Below, in pieces: positions 28,411 to 38,266 of a stretch of DNA of 64,000 nt. The notes under the pieces are model-generated. The model made no database searches. It saw only the letters and a program-made list of their open reading frames with translations, and was not told the origin of the DNA. Numbering within the stretch: position 1 is the stretch's first letter; every line of letters starts with the position of its first letter. This DNA comes from a virus. The stretch is from IMG/VR virus record IMGVR_UViG_3300007735_000801. One strand, 5' to 3'. The position numbers and the translations under genes are program-made.

Positions 28411-29423
28411 GCTTTTTGAATGATATTATTAAAAATTCAGGTAACGAATACGCTTGCACAGTGGAAGACGGTATTGACGGCAGTGATGTTAAGGGTTTTA
28501 TTGATACAGGCAGTTACGCATTTAATGCATTGGTGAGCGGTTCTCTCTACGGAGGAATCCCGAACAACAAGATTATTGCTTTGGCTGGCGAGTCTGCCAC
28601 AGGCAAAACCTACTTTGCTATTGGTATGGTGAAGCGATTCCTGGAAAATAATAAAGATGCTGTGGTTCTTTACTTTGACACAGAACAAGCCGTTACCTCA
28701 GACATGTTTATCAGTCGTGGCATTGACTCTAAGCGTGTGGCTATCTTCCCTGTAGCAACTGTGGAAGAATTTCGCAAGCAACTTATCACCATTGCCGACA
28801 AGTACCTAGAGCAAGATATCGCCAAGCGAAAGCCTATGATGGTTGTGCTTGACTCTCTGGGAATGTTGTCTACAAGCAAGGAAATCAACGACACAACAGA
28901 AGGCAAGGAAGTCCGAGACATGACTCGTGCTCAAGTTATTAAGAGTACGTTCCGTGTGCTTACCCTGAAGTTGGGTAAGGCTGGAATTCCTCTAATCATG
29001 ACCAACCACACATATGATGTTATTGGATCCTATGTTCCAACCAAGGAAATGGGCGGAGGTTCAGGTCTCAAGTACGCTGCATCCACCATTGTATTCTTGT
29101 CAAAGAAGAAGGACAAGGATTCGGAAGGTCAGGTTATTGGCAACATTATTCACTGCAAGTTATACAAGAGTCGCCTAACTAAAGAGAATCAAATGATTGA
29201 TGTTCGACTCAATTACGACAGCGGCTTAAATCTTTATTACGGATTACTTGACTTAGCTCTAAAGCATGGTATATTTAAGAAGGTCTCAACTCGCATTGAA
29301 CTTCCTAACGGAGACAAGGCTTTTGAGAAGACAATTAATGAAGATCCTGAGAAGTTTTTTACCCCAGACGTAATGGCACAACTAGAACTTGCAGCAGCAA
29401 AAGAATTTAAATACGGTCAATAA
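28407..29423 (+). CDS. uvsX: RecA-like recombinase UvsX
   Basis: [40 protein letters not shown]. Confidence 0.95.
   Translation: MSFLNDIIKNSGNEYACTVEDGIDGSDVKGFIDTGSYAFNALVSGSLYGGIPNNKIIALAGESATGKTYFAIGMVKRFLENNKDAVVLYFDTEQAVTSDMFISRGIDSKRVAIFPVATVEEFRKQLITIADKYLEQDIAKRKPMMVVLDSLGMLSTSKEINDTTEGKEVRDMTRAQVIKSTFRVLTLKLGKAGIPLIMTNHTYDVIGSYVPTKEMGGGSGLKYAASTIVFLSKKKDKDSEGQVIGNIIHCKLYKSRLTKENQMIDVRLNYDSGLNLYYGLLDLALKHGIFKKVSTRIELPNGDKAFEKTINEDPEKFFTPDVMAQLELAAAKEFKYGQ
29248..29275 (+). promoter_or_regulatory. Possible sigma70-type promoter inside uvsX, facing gp41
   Basis: TTGACT-16 bp-TATATT. Confidence 0.5.
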
Positions 29424-29426
29424 AAT

Positions 29427-30830
29427 ATGAAAGATTTTGAGCATGTCCTTTTAGAAGGACTTCTCTTTCGAGAAGACTTCTACAAGAAAGTTATTCCATT
29501 CATTAGTTTGGAATACTTTCATCGAAACCCAGTGCAGATGTTGTACACCTGCATTCACGACTTTGTTATTCAGTATAACAGTTGTCCTTCAAAAGAGGCA
29601 ATCAGTATCTGTCTAGAAAAGCATAAGGGTATCAGTCAGGCAGACTATGATATCTGCATCGAAATGCTAGAGTCGTTTCAGAAAGAAGAAGCAGATAAGC
29701 ACAACATTGATTGGTTGGTGGAAGAAACCGAGAAGTTTTGTAAAGAGAAGGCTCTATACAACGGCATCATGGAATCTATTCACATCATTGACGGCAAGAG
29801 CAAGGACAAGACCAAGACGGCTATTCCTGACATCTTGAGCAAGGCTTTGTCTGTGTCTTTCGATACTCATATCGGACACGATTACCTAGAGGATACGGAA
29901 CTTCGATACGATTTCTATCACAAGGTAGAGCAACGAGTTCCGTTTGATCTAGAGTATCTGAACACAATTACAGCAGGCGGTACACCAAACAAGACGCTCA
30001 ATATTGTTATGGCTGGAACTGGAGTCGGCAAGTCTTTATTCTTGTGTCATCATGCGGCTAACTGTATCTCGCAGGGCAAGAATGTTCTCTACATTACTTG
30101 TGAAATGGCAGAAGAAAGAATTGCAGAGCGCATCGACGCAAATCTGTTGGATACCACACTTGATTCCTTGCGTGATCTTAGCAAAGAAATCTACGACAAA
30201 AGAATCAACAACATGAAGCAAACAGTCAAGGGTAAACTTATTATTAAAGAGTATCCTACTGCAAGTTCCAGTGTGAATCATTTTCGTGTGCTGTTGGACG
30301 AGTTGTGGCTCAAGAAGAAGTTCAAGCCTGATGTAATTTTTATAGATTATTTAAATATCTGTGCATCTTCTAGAATGAAGCAGGGTACGAATGTAAACTC
30401 ATACACCTACATCAAAGCCATTGCAGAAGAACTACGAGGATTGGCAACAGAACGAAATGTTCCTATCTGGTCAGCCACACAAGTTAATCGTGTTGGATTT
30501 GGTAATTCAGATTTTGGTTTGGAAGATACGAGTGAATCGTTTGGTCTTCCTGCTACTGCTGATTTCATGATTGCCCTGATTGCCACAGAACGCCTAGACG
30601 AAATCAATCAGATCATGGTTAAGCAGTTAAAGAATCGATACAACGACACCGTTGCTAATCGTAAGTTTGTTCTTGGTATCAATCGAGCCAAGATGAAATT
30701 GTACGACATTCCCAAATCAGAACAGCCTCAGTTATCAGACAGCAATCCACAAGATCCTCCTGATAATGATGAAGATCGATTTAATAACAAGTTCAAGAAG
30801 TCAAGTAAATTTACAGGATGGAAAGTATGA
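29427..30830 (+). CDS. gp41: Replicative DNA helicase gp41 (DnaB-like)
   Basis: AGTGVGKS, YITCEM.EE.IAERIDAN, IDYLNI, SATQ.NR, SESFGLPATAD, KQLKNRY. Confidence 0.96.
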   Translation: MKDFEHVLLEGLLFREDFYKKVIPFISLEYFHRNPVQMLYTCIHDFVIQYNSCPSKEAISICLEKHKGISQADYDICIEMLESFQKEEADKHNIDWLVEETEKFCKEKALYNGIMESIHIIDGKSKDKTKTAIPDILSKALSVSFDTHIGHDYLEDTELRYDFYHKVEQRVPFDLEYLNTITAGGTPNKTLNIVMAGTGVGKSLFLCHHAANCISQGKNVLYITCEMAEERIAERIDANLLDTTLDSLRDLSKEIYDKRINNMKQTVKGKLIIKEYPTASSSVNHFRVLLDELWLKKKFKPDVIFIDYLNICASSRMKQGTNVNSYTYIKAIAEELRGLATERNVPIWSATQVNRVGFGNSDFGLEDTSESFGLPATADFMIALIATERLDEINQIMVKQLKNRYNDTVANRKFVLGINRAKMKLYDIPKSEQPQLSDSNPQDPPDNDEDRFNNKFKKSSKFTGWKV

Positions 30831-31891
30831 GTATATACATCGACAAAAAGTTTGTTAATTTTGTAGGAGCAAGTCTAGAGAAGTTTGCTTGGAAGAAGGA
30901 TACTCTTGCTTGTTGTCGCTGTCCTATCTGCGGAGACTCCTCTAAAAATAAAAACAAGACTAGAGGATTCTTCTTTGTTAACAAGAATAAGTACTTCTAC
31001 AAGTGTCACAACTGCGGAGTTTCTTGCAACTTGTACGGATTCCTAGAGAAAGTTTCTCCTTCGCTGTGTAAGGAATATTCTTTGGAAGTCTGGAAGGATG
31101 GGGATGGTATGAAGACGAAAAAGAAAATAGAGCCAGCAGTAACGGTCAAGAAGGTAAAGAAAAAGTATACAATAGAATTGCCTTTGGTATCAGAACTCCC
31201 ACCAAATCATCCGTGCAGAACGTTTGTAGAACTCAGGAAGATTCCTAGAACTGCATGGAAGTATCTGTATTATGCAGAAGACTTTATAACGTGGGTAGGA
31301 ACAATTAATCCTAAAGCCCATTTGGTGTTGGATAAATGTACACAACATTTTAATACTCCTTTAGGCTCTCGTCTAGTTATTCCTATTGTAAACGAAAACG
31401 GAGAATTAGTTGGAGCAACAGGCAGAGTTATTACTGTTCCTAGTGATCCTAAACTGGTAAATCTGCAACGATATATTATTGTTAAAACGGAAGAATATGA
31501 AAACGACCACAAAGGTTGGTTTGGTCTAGATCGTGTAGATACAGGAACAGTTTATGTGGTAGAAGGTCCTTTGGATTCTTTATTCGTTCCTAATTGTGTT
31601 GCCATGCTTGGACTTAGTGATGTTTTAAATGTTCCCAGTCATTTGAAATCTAGGTCACTAGTATATGTTATAGATAATGAACCAAGGAGCAAAACAGTAG
31701 TGTCAACAATAGAAAAATTATTAGAACAAGATAAGAAGGTTTGTATTTGGCCCGACCATATTAAGCAGAAGGATCTGAACGACATGATTTTGGCTGGTAT
31801 GTCTGAAAAAGAATTACTACAAACCATTAAAGAAAATACAGTGTCTGGTCTATCAGGAAAAATCAAATTTAACAACTGGAAAAAAATATGA
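30827..31891 (+). CDS. gp61: DNA primase gp61
   Basis: CPICGDS…K.RG, YKCHNCG zinc finger; TOPRIM VEGPLDS, DNEPR, KDLNDM. Confidence 0.94.
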   Translation: MSIYIDKKFVNFVGASLEKFAWKKDTLACCRCPICGDSSKNKNKTRGFFFVNKNKYFYKCHNCGVSCNLYGFLEKVSPSLCKEYSLEVWKDGDGMKTKKKIEPAVTVKKVKKKYTIELPLVSELPPNHPCRTFVELRKIPRTAWKYLYYAEDFITWVGTINPKAHLVLDKCTQHFNTPLGSRLVIPIVNENGELVGATGRVITVPSDPKLVNLQRYIIVKTEEYENDHKGWFGLDRVDTGTVYVVEGPLDSLFVPNCVAMLGLSDVLNVPSHLKSRSLVYVIDNEPRSKTVVSTIEKLLEQDKKVCIWPDHIKQKDLNDMILAGMSEKELLQTIKENTVSGLSGKIKFNNWKKI

Positions 31892-32124
31892 AAGAAATGG
31901 ATTTTGAATCTGAAGATGCTGCTTTAATTTTTTGTTTTCTTTTAATTGAATATGTAAAAGGAACCGATCCAGAATTATTTAAAAAGGCTCATGCCTATGC
32001 TAAAGATAATACTGGTATTGATATAACAAATTTTGAAATTGATCTAGATGATATTGGTGACGAAGACAACAACGATGATGATGATGAAGAAGATTTCGAG
32101 GACGACGATGAAGAAGAAGATTAA
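31888..32124 (+). CDS. Small hypothetical protein with very acidic C-terminus
   Basis: 78 aa, coupled start, D/E tail. Confidence 0.65.
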   Translation: MKEMDFESEDAALIFCFLLIEYVKGTDPELFKKAHAYAKDNTGIDITNFEIDLDDIGDEDNNDDDDEEDFEDDDEEED

Positions 32125-32788
32125 AGTTTTAGATCATGGACATGTAGAGTATGTCGAACATATGGGAAGCGACTTGACTGTGGTCAATGCTGCTCGTGTA
32201 TCATTCAATAAAGAGAGCGAATGGTCTGATGAAGAAGATACTCTTGCAGATAAAGATATAAAATTAATCAATTATCTAGCAAAGCATCATCACTGGACAC
32301 CATTTGCCCATCCTCAAATTACACTAAGAGTCAAGGCACCTATCTTTATAAGAACACAATTGTTTAAGCATAAGGTAGGAATGGTGGAGAATGAAATGTC
32401 ACGACGATACGTTACGGATACACCAGAGTTCTATTCTCCTACTTGGAGAAATGCTCCAATCAATGGAGCAAAACAAGGAAGTTATGATTTTGTTGATCCA
32501 GTTCTGAGTATGGAATTGGATCACATGAATGAACGTATCATTGAAAGCGCACTACAGACATATCAATATTTACTGGAGAATGGTGTGGCACCAGAACAAG
32601 CACGTGCCATTCTTCCACAAAGCACATACACCGAATGGTGGTGGACTGGATCACTCTCTGCATTTGCTCGTATATTTAAACAACGCTCAGATGCTCACGC
32701 ACAATGGGAAGTTCAACAATACGCTTCTGCTATTGGAGAAATAATTGAACCATTGTTTACCAACTCTTGGAATGTTCTTACTAAATAA
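32108..32788 (+). CDS. thyX: Flavin-dependent thymidylate synthase ThyX
   Basis: MGSDL.VVNAARVSF, H.TPF.H, KH…NE.SRRY, APEQARA.LP, R…HAQWE. Confidence 0.93.
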   Translation: MKKKIKVLDHGHVEYVEHMGSDLTVVNAARVSFNKESEWSDEEDTLADKDIKLINYLAKHHHWTPFAHPQITLRVKAPIFIRTQLFKHKVGMVENEMSRRYVTDTPEFYSPTWRNAPINGAKQGSYDFVDPVLSMELDHMNERIIESALQTYQYLLENGVAPEQARAILPQSTYTEWWWTGSLSAFARIFKQRSDAHAQWEVQQYASAIGEIIEPLFTNSWNVLTK

Positions 32789-32813
32789 TTTATAAATTAA
32801 AAGGAAACTTATC

Positions 32814-34739
32814 ATGCATTTACCAACACAATTTCAACAATTCATCCACCTTTCTCGCTACAGCCGCTGGCTAGAAGAGGAGAATCGTCGTGAGACCTGG
32901 GAAGAAACTGTTAATCGTTACTTCCGTTTCTTTGATGGTCATCTAAAAGAAAATACTAAATGTAAGTTAGACAAAGCAGTAAGAGAAGAGTTACGCCAAG
33001 CAATTCTTAATCTAGAGGTCATGCCTTCCATGCGCTCCCTGATGACTGCAGGAGAAGCACTAGAGCGAGACCATACAGCAGGATACAACTGTTCGTATGT
33101 GGCAGTTAATCGAGTACGAGCATTTGACGAAATTTTATATATTTTAATGTGTGGCACAGGAGTTGGATTCTCCGTAGAAAGGCAATACGTTGAAAAATTA
33201 CCAACAATTGCAGAGCAGTTTACTGATTCGGACACTACAATTATTGTACAGGATTCAAAGGCTGGTTGGGCTAAGGCTTACAAGGAATTGGTGTCCTTAC
33301 TTATTGGAGGTCAAGTTCCAAAATGGGATGTCTCTAAAGTACGGGCTCATGGGGCGAGGCTTAAAACTTTTGGAGGTAGAGCCAGTGGACCTCAACCATT
33401 GGTTGATCTCTTTAGGTTCACTGTGGATACTTTTAAACGTGCCGCTGGACGCAAACTCACAAGTATCGAATGCCATGATATTGTCTGTAAGGTTGCGGAG
33501 GTTGTGGTGGTGGGAGGAGTCCGTCGATCTGCTCTTATCAGTCTATCAAACCTCACCGATGAACGTATGCGTGATGCAAAAACTGGAGCATGGTGGGAAG
33601 CCAATCCACAACGGGCACTTGCGAATAATAGCGTAGTGTATAATGAACGACCAGAGATTGGTACCTTCATGGAGGAATGGGTTTCCCTGTATAAGAGCAA
33701 GAGTGGTGAGCGAGGTATTTTTAATCGTGCCGCTGCTCAGAAGCAAACAGAGGGATTGGGTGATCGTCGTGATGCCACCTACGAGTTTGGAACAAATCCG
33801 TGCAGTGAAATCATTCTTCGTGACCGACAATTCTGTAATCTTACCGAGGTGGTTGTTCGTGCAGATGATACGATTGAGTCATTGACACGTAAGTGTCGTC
33901 TCGCCGCTATTCTTGGTACATGGCAAGCGTCCCTGACTCACTTCCCATACCTGTCTAGCGAATTTACAAAAAATTGTGAAGAAGAAGCCCTATTGGGAGT
34001 GTCTCTTACAGGTATTTTAGATAATCATATTATGCGTGGTGAATCCCAAGACGATATTGCTGTGTTGCTTGCCGACCTGAAGAAGGTAGCAATAACAACA
34101 AATGCGGAATGGGCAAAGAAGTTAGGTATCAATGCAGCGGCTGCTATTACCTGCGTGAAGCCAAGCGGAACAGTGTCACAACTTGTTGACGCAGCCAGCG
34201 GTATTCATGCTCGTCACAACGAATACTATGTTCGTACTGTTCGTGCAGATCGCAAAGATCCTCTGTGTCAAATGATGACAGATAAGGGATTTCCTGCAGA
34301 GCCTGATGTAACCAAGCCTGATCATGTTATGGTATTTTCGTTTCCTATGAAAGCGGTAGGATCAGTGACACGTAATGATATGTCTGCTCTGGATCACCTA
34401 GAGTTGTGGTTGACGTATCAAAAGTATTGGTGTGAACATAAGCCGTCCATTACCGTAACAGTTCGTGAAGAAGAATGGATGGAAGTTGGTGCCTGGGTAT
34501 ATAAGCACTTTGATGAAGTTAGTGGTATCAGTTTCTTGCCACACAGCGACCATTCGTATCGTCAGGCACCATACCAAGACTGTACCAAGGAAGAATACGA
34601 AGCTCTATTGCTAAAGATTCCTACAAATGTAGACTGGTCAGAACTCAAGAACTACGAAAAGGTAGATACAACTAGTGGCACACAAACATTTGCGTGTACT
34701 GGTGATAAGTGTGAACTAGTAGATCTAACTAGTAATTAA
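32814..34739 (+). CDS. nrdJ: Class II (adenosylcobalamin-dependent) ribonucleotide reductase
   Basis: RRETWEETV.RY, YNC, GTGVGFS, VVVGGVRRSA, GTNPCSEI, CNL, TCVKPSGTVS, C-terminal CTGDKC; monomeric RTPR type. Confidence 0.93.
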   Translation: MHLPTQFQQFIHLSRYSRWLEEENRRETWEETVNRYFRFFDGHLKENTKCKLDKAVREELRQAILNLEVMPSMRSLMTAGEALERDHTAGYNCSYVAVNRVRAFDEILYILMCGTGVGFSVERQYVEKLPTIAEQFTDSDTTIIVQDSKAGWAKAYKELVSLLIGGQVPKWDVSKVRAHGARLKTFGGRASGPQPLVDLFRFTVDTFKRAAGRKLTSIECHDIVCKVAEVVVVGGVRRSALISLSNLTDERMRDAKTGAWWEANPQRALANNSVVYNERPEIGTFMEEWVSLYKSKSGERGIFNRAAAQKQTEGLGDRRDATYEFGTNPCSEIILRDRQFCNLTEVVVRADDTIESLTRKCRLAAILGTWQASLTHFPYLSSEFTKNCEEEALLGVSLTGILDNHIMRGESQDDIAVLLADLKKVAITTNAEWAKKLGINAAAAITCVKPSGTVSQLVDAASGIHARHNEYYVRTVRADRKDPLCQMMTDKGFPAEPDVTKPDHVMVFSFPMKAVGSVTRNDMSALDHLELWLTYQKYWCEHKPSITVTVREEEWMEVGAWVYKHFDEVSGISFLPHSDHSYRQAPYQDCTKEEYEALLLKIPTNVDWSELKNYEKVDTTSGTQTFACTGDKCELVDLTSN

Positions 34740-36871
34740 AAAGAAGAATCTCTTGAAGTATCTGATCTCTGATGTTGGGATTTTCTGAGAATCAGAGTAT
34801 GAGCAATTGTTGACGGATCTAATTGATTCAACGGACCATGAGTTTTTGGATCATGAGGAACCACTCCTGCAAGAGCAGGATGGAACTTTTCACCATCTTT
34901 GTTGAGTTTTTGTGAACCGTGAATCTTACCCATGCTTGACATAATGGCTTGAAGGCTTGCTTGTGCCGCAGGATTATCTGGAAATATTTGTTGTCCAACA
35001 GGCATAATCATTTGTGTCCCTTGCTCTTTGCTGCGCCTATTTCTTTGATCAAGAGATACATCAGCTTCTTGACCGCCACCTTTGTCTTGACTTTCAGGTT
35101 CACTTATTGTTCCGCCTTCAAGTGCGGAATGTATATGTTCCATGCCTTTTCTGTCTGTGCGATATGATTCAGGATTAATCAAACCCGATTGTATTGCACG
35201 TCTAACTTTATCCATGCCCCAGTGTTCTTGTTCCATTAATTTTTGTGCCAACACTTGGCGATAGTGTTCAACAATTTGCTGCTTTTCTGGAGTAAAAGAT
35301 TCCCATTGATGTTCGGTATGATATTTACCACCTGGCATTTTATCAAATCCTTGAGCAGCATCATTATCTTCAACAAACTTCTTTTCATCTGGAGACAATT
35401 GATGATAAGAAGCAGAATTCCAGCGAACTCTCTTCAAGTCTTCTTGATTAGTTGCTGGTCGTTGAACATGGCGTTGATTCAGTTGACCAGCAGGAATACC
35501 TGGCTCAGTTATTTGAACTGGTGTTACTCCACGAGCTGGAGGAGATGCCGCAACCTTTTCTGCACCAGATCTATCTGTAATCTGTTTTGCTGTTGAAATC
35601 AATTGTTGATCAACAGTTTGCTTCTTTGGAGATGCAGACGTTTCTGTTCCAATTTCTCGTCCAACAAAAGTGTCTGGATAATAATATTTCTTTCCTGCTG
35701 CGCCAGCTGATCCAGCTCCACCTGCCGAGCCAGCTCCACCTGCTGAGCCAACTCCACCTGCCGAGCCAACTCCACCAGATGTTCTAGAATTATTAGAATT
35801 ATTATCGTCTTGTGATGGAACATAAGGAATACCTGGTGTTCCCTTTGGATAACCAAGAACTTTTGCTGCACCAGCTGCTAGTACACCAATTTCAGCAGCT
35901 GTTCTCAATAAATTGCCGTTTGGTTTTGGTGTAGTGGAACCAGGCATTTTAGTTCCTTCGATACCCTTAATAACAGGATTAGGTACAGGATCTGGCATTG
36001 GGGGCGGATACTTTGGACCACCGTCTCCTCTTTCTTTCCATTGTGTGTCTCCTGGAGTTGGGCGAGGAACTTCAAAGCGTTCACTACCACCTGTACTAGT
36101 TCCCTCTTTTCCTGTAGCTAGAGTATTATGAGAATTAATAGGTTCTTGAGTCTTTATAACAGGAACAGCCCTTCCTTGACCTGGTCCTACTGCTAGAGGA
36201 TAATTAACCTCTCCAGTCTTAGGAAATAATGGCTGAGATCTTCCTAAATTTAATAAATTATTTTTCCAATTAGGATCAAACTTATACATTGTGCCAGGAT
36301 AAGAAATAGGAGACATTCGATCACCTCCAACAGTAACCTTTACTCCTGACTTGTCCACACCACCAGCAATTTCAGCAGCGGTGCGTAAATCTCTTGGGGT
36401 ATTGTTAATTGTAGAAATAGGTTCCGCTGATGCATTAGGATCAAATGGATCTGATGCCATTCGTTGTTTTGGATCTAAAGGTATACTTTGCTTGGCGACT
36501 CTAGTTCCTTTTTTGGTTAATCTTAAACCAGCTGCATCACGCATAATTTCAGTAGTTGTCTTGGGTGGTTTAGGAGAATATATCTTTCCTGTTGCAGTTG
36601 TTAGAGTAGGAGTCGCAATTCCAGAAAATAGATCAGGTTCTACAGCCTTTGCTGCTGCTGCTGCTTCCATTTCTGCTGCTTTTGTTGCTGCTGCTGCTTC
36701 TTTTTCTATTGCCTTCTCTCCTGCCTTTAATAGATCTTTTCCTAGAAATTCCTCTCCAGCCTTTATGGCTGCTTTTATTCCTGCCTTAATTGCTCCTGCT
36801 TGTTCATTAAGATTGGTACGATTCCAAATGGCTTTAATTAGATCGGTTTCACTGTTTACTGGTTTTTGCAT
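34736..36871 (-). CDS. Large low-complexity late protein, probable capsid-internal cargo
   Basis: 711 aa; late promoter at 36894-36901; LNE/LME putative cleavage sites; A/K-, P- and G-rich segments. Confidence 0.6.
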   Translation of the reverse strand: MQKPVNSETDLIKAIWNRTNLNEQAGAIKAGIKAAIKAGEEFLGKDLLKAGEKAIEKEAAAATKAAEMEAAAAAKAVEPDLFSGIATPTLTTATGKIYSPKPPKTTTEIMRDAAGLRLTKKGTRVAKQSIPLDPKQRMASDPFDPNASAEPISTINNTPRDLRTAAEIAGGVDKSGVKVTVGGDRMSPISYPGTMYKFDPNWKNNLLNLGRSQPLFPKTGEVNYPLAVGPGQGRAVPVIKTQEPINSHNTLATGKEGTSTGGSERFEVPRPTPGDTQWKERGDGGPKYPPPMPDPVPNPVIKGIEGTKMPGSTTPKPNGNLLRTAAEIGVLAAGAAKVLGYPKGTPGIPYVPSQDDNNSNNSRTSGGVGSAGGVGSAGGAGSAGGAGSAGAAGKKYYYPDTFVGREIGTETSASPKKQTVDQQLISTAKQITDRSGAEKVAASPPARGVTPVQITEPGIPAGQLNQRHVQRPATNQEDLKRVRWNSASYHQLSPDEKKFVEDNDAAQGFDKMPGGKYHTEHQWESFTPEKQQIVEHYRQVLAQKLMEQEHWGMDKVRRAIQSGLINPESYRTDRKGMEHIHSALEGGTISEPESQDKGGGQEADVSLDQRNRRSKEQGTQMIMPVGQQIFPDNPAAQASLQAIMSSMGKIHGSQKLNKDGEKFHPALAGVVPHDPKTHGPLNQLDPSTIAHTLILRKSQHQRSDTSRDSSF
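35698..35778. repeat. 18-bp tandem repeat encoding GG(V/A)GSA x4-5
   Basis: ccagctccacctgc(c/t)gag units. Confidence 0.8.
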
Positions 36872-36893
36872 AAAGGGTTCCTTTTTTCTACTT

Positions 36894-36927
36894 TATTTAG
36901 GCTTTTTATACTTTGTCCGTATACATA
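36894..36927. promoter_or_regulatory. Divergent late promoters: CCTAAATA (- strand, 36894-36901) and TATACATA (+ strand, 36920-36927)
   Basis: Late-promoter-like motifs in the gap between divergent genes. Confidence 0.55.
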
Positions 36928-36934
36928 CTATTGT

Positions 36935-37699
36935 ATGAAATACCTCAGGCTTGCTGCAATAAGTTTCGCAGTAGTCTTCGTGGTGCTCCTCTTGAGGCAC
37001 AAAGAAGCAAAGCCTGTACTACCTAAAATCAATCTTCCTAGTCCAGCAACCATAGTTGATGATATCCTAGAGATAGACAGTTATCCAGGTTTCACTGTGG
37101 TAACTGATGACTGTGCAGATACCTATAAATGTGTGGGAGAAATCTTGGTTACTGGTGGTCGCTTCATTGGCAGTGGAACATTGATTGCTCCTAAAGTAGT
37201 GGTTACTGCGGCACACGTAATTAAAGATTCTGAACTAGAGTATTTTCGAACAAACAACCAGTGCTACAAGATTAGAAAATCTGTGGCACACCCAGATTAT
37301 ACAGAGGAAGGAAGTGGTAAAAATGATATCGGTTTACTTTTCTTGGAGGAAGCGTGTCTAGAAACTCCTGCAGAGTTACAGACAGATCCCCAAGACCTAA
37401 AGCGAGGAGAACTGTTAACAACAGTTGGATTCTCTCATAAAATTAAAAAAATTAGTAATGAACACACTTTCTGGTATTATGGAACAATTGTGGAGCAACC
37501 AACCTATATTCGTTTTCTTGCCTACAAAGGAAACATCTGGCTTGGTGATTCTGGTGGTGCCGTATTCGAAGACGGCGGCAAGCTGACAGGAGTAATATCT
37601 GCACTTATGATTATGGAGTACTCTGTGGTGGATCAGATTGCTGCACGAGTAGACCTGTACGTTCCTTGGATCAGACAGATGGAGAAGATCAATGAGTAG
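36935..37699 (+). CDS. Trypsin-like (S1) serine protease with N-terminal membrane anchor/signal
   Basis: Triad motifs TAAHV, NDIGLL, GDSGG; GSGTLI; hydrophobic LAAISFAVVFVVLLL; start taken at MKYL (36935). Confidence 0.88.
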   Translation: MKYLRLAAISFAVVFVVLLLRHKEAKPVLPKINLPSPATIVDDILEIDSYPGFTVVTDDCADTYKCVGEILVTGGRFIGSGTLIAPKVVVTAAHVIKDSELEYFRTNNQCYKIRKSVAHPDYTEEGSGKNDIGLLFLEEACLETPAELQTDPQDLKRGELLTTVGFSHKIKKISNEHTFWYYGTIVEQPTYIRFLAYKGNIWLGDSGGAVFEDGGKLTGVISALMIMEYSVVDQIAARVDLYVPWIRQMEKINE

Positions 37700-37772
37700 G
37701 GTTCAACGAGGTTTAGTTGCAGTCTGTAGCTTTCTAGTCGGAGTTATTCTGGCTAGAGTGCTGGGATTTTAG
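37692..37772 (+). CDS. 26-aa membrane peptide (MSRVQRGLVAVCSFLVGVILARVLGF), not in ORF track
   Basis: GGAG RBS, overlaps protease stop, fills gap exactly. Confidence 0.45.
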   Translation: MSRVQRGLVAVCSFLVGVILARVLGF

Positions 37773-38252
37773 TTAGTGTGTATGTCTTTCGTAATCTTCT
37801 CTGGCAATGTTTAGTGGCTTATCGTATCTGAATGGTTTAGTAGGAATTATTAATGTTGGATCGAATATAGGATTTCTACGTGCCTCTGAGGCAACTCTAG
37901 GATCTGGGTGTTCTCCTGCTACACGAACAGTCCATAAATCATTTATTCCTCTAGGATGACGAAGACCTGCCAAAGCAACTTCAGCATCTGGATTTTTTAC
38001 TGCATTACGAGTTGTCTGCCAATATGCAAAACGATGGTTTAGTGCTGCCATAACAGCTGCTGGATCTGAATGTTTTGATGCAAATGCAGTTGTTTCGTAA
38101 TTTGATTCTGGATCACTTAATGCGGCTATTACAACTGCAGGATCTGAATGTTGTGCTTGAATATTTAGTTGTTCTGTGGTGGTAGAGCGACTTGGGCGAT
38201 GTTCTTTTGGAGACTCTTCTGCTTCGTTTAAATATTCTAGAAAGTTTTTCAT
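37773..38252 (-). CDS. Putative internal head protein with capsid-targeting sequence and HEAT/LRV-like repeats
   Basis: N-term MKNFLEYLNE; four ~26-aa (H/N)(S/P)D..V..A helical repeats; TATAAATA 6 nt upstream. Confidence 0.7.
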   Translation of the reverse strand: MKNFLEYLNEAEESPKEHRPSRSTTTEQLNIQAQHSDPAVVIAALSDPESNYETTAFASKHSDPAAVMAALNHRFAYWQTTRNAVKNPDAEVALAGLRHPRGINDLWTVRVAGEHPDPRVASEARRNPIFDPTLIIPTKPFRYDKPLNIAREDYERHTH

Positions 38253-38258
38253 ATACCC

Positions 38259-38266
38259 TATTTATA
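38259..38266 (-). promoter_or_regulatory. Late promoter TATAAATA, 6 nt before ATG
   Basis: Exact consensus on - strand. Confidence 0.75.

Noticed and set aside
25721-34739. Inteins or introns in gp43, gp41 or nrdJ
   Set aside because: Lengths are normal, motifs are contiguous, and no splice motifs are seen
36866-36934. Upstream extension of the protease ORF (MHKGF…)
   Set aside because: Overlaps the divergent gene start and both promoters; ATG at 36935 gives a clean signal-anchor N-terminus
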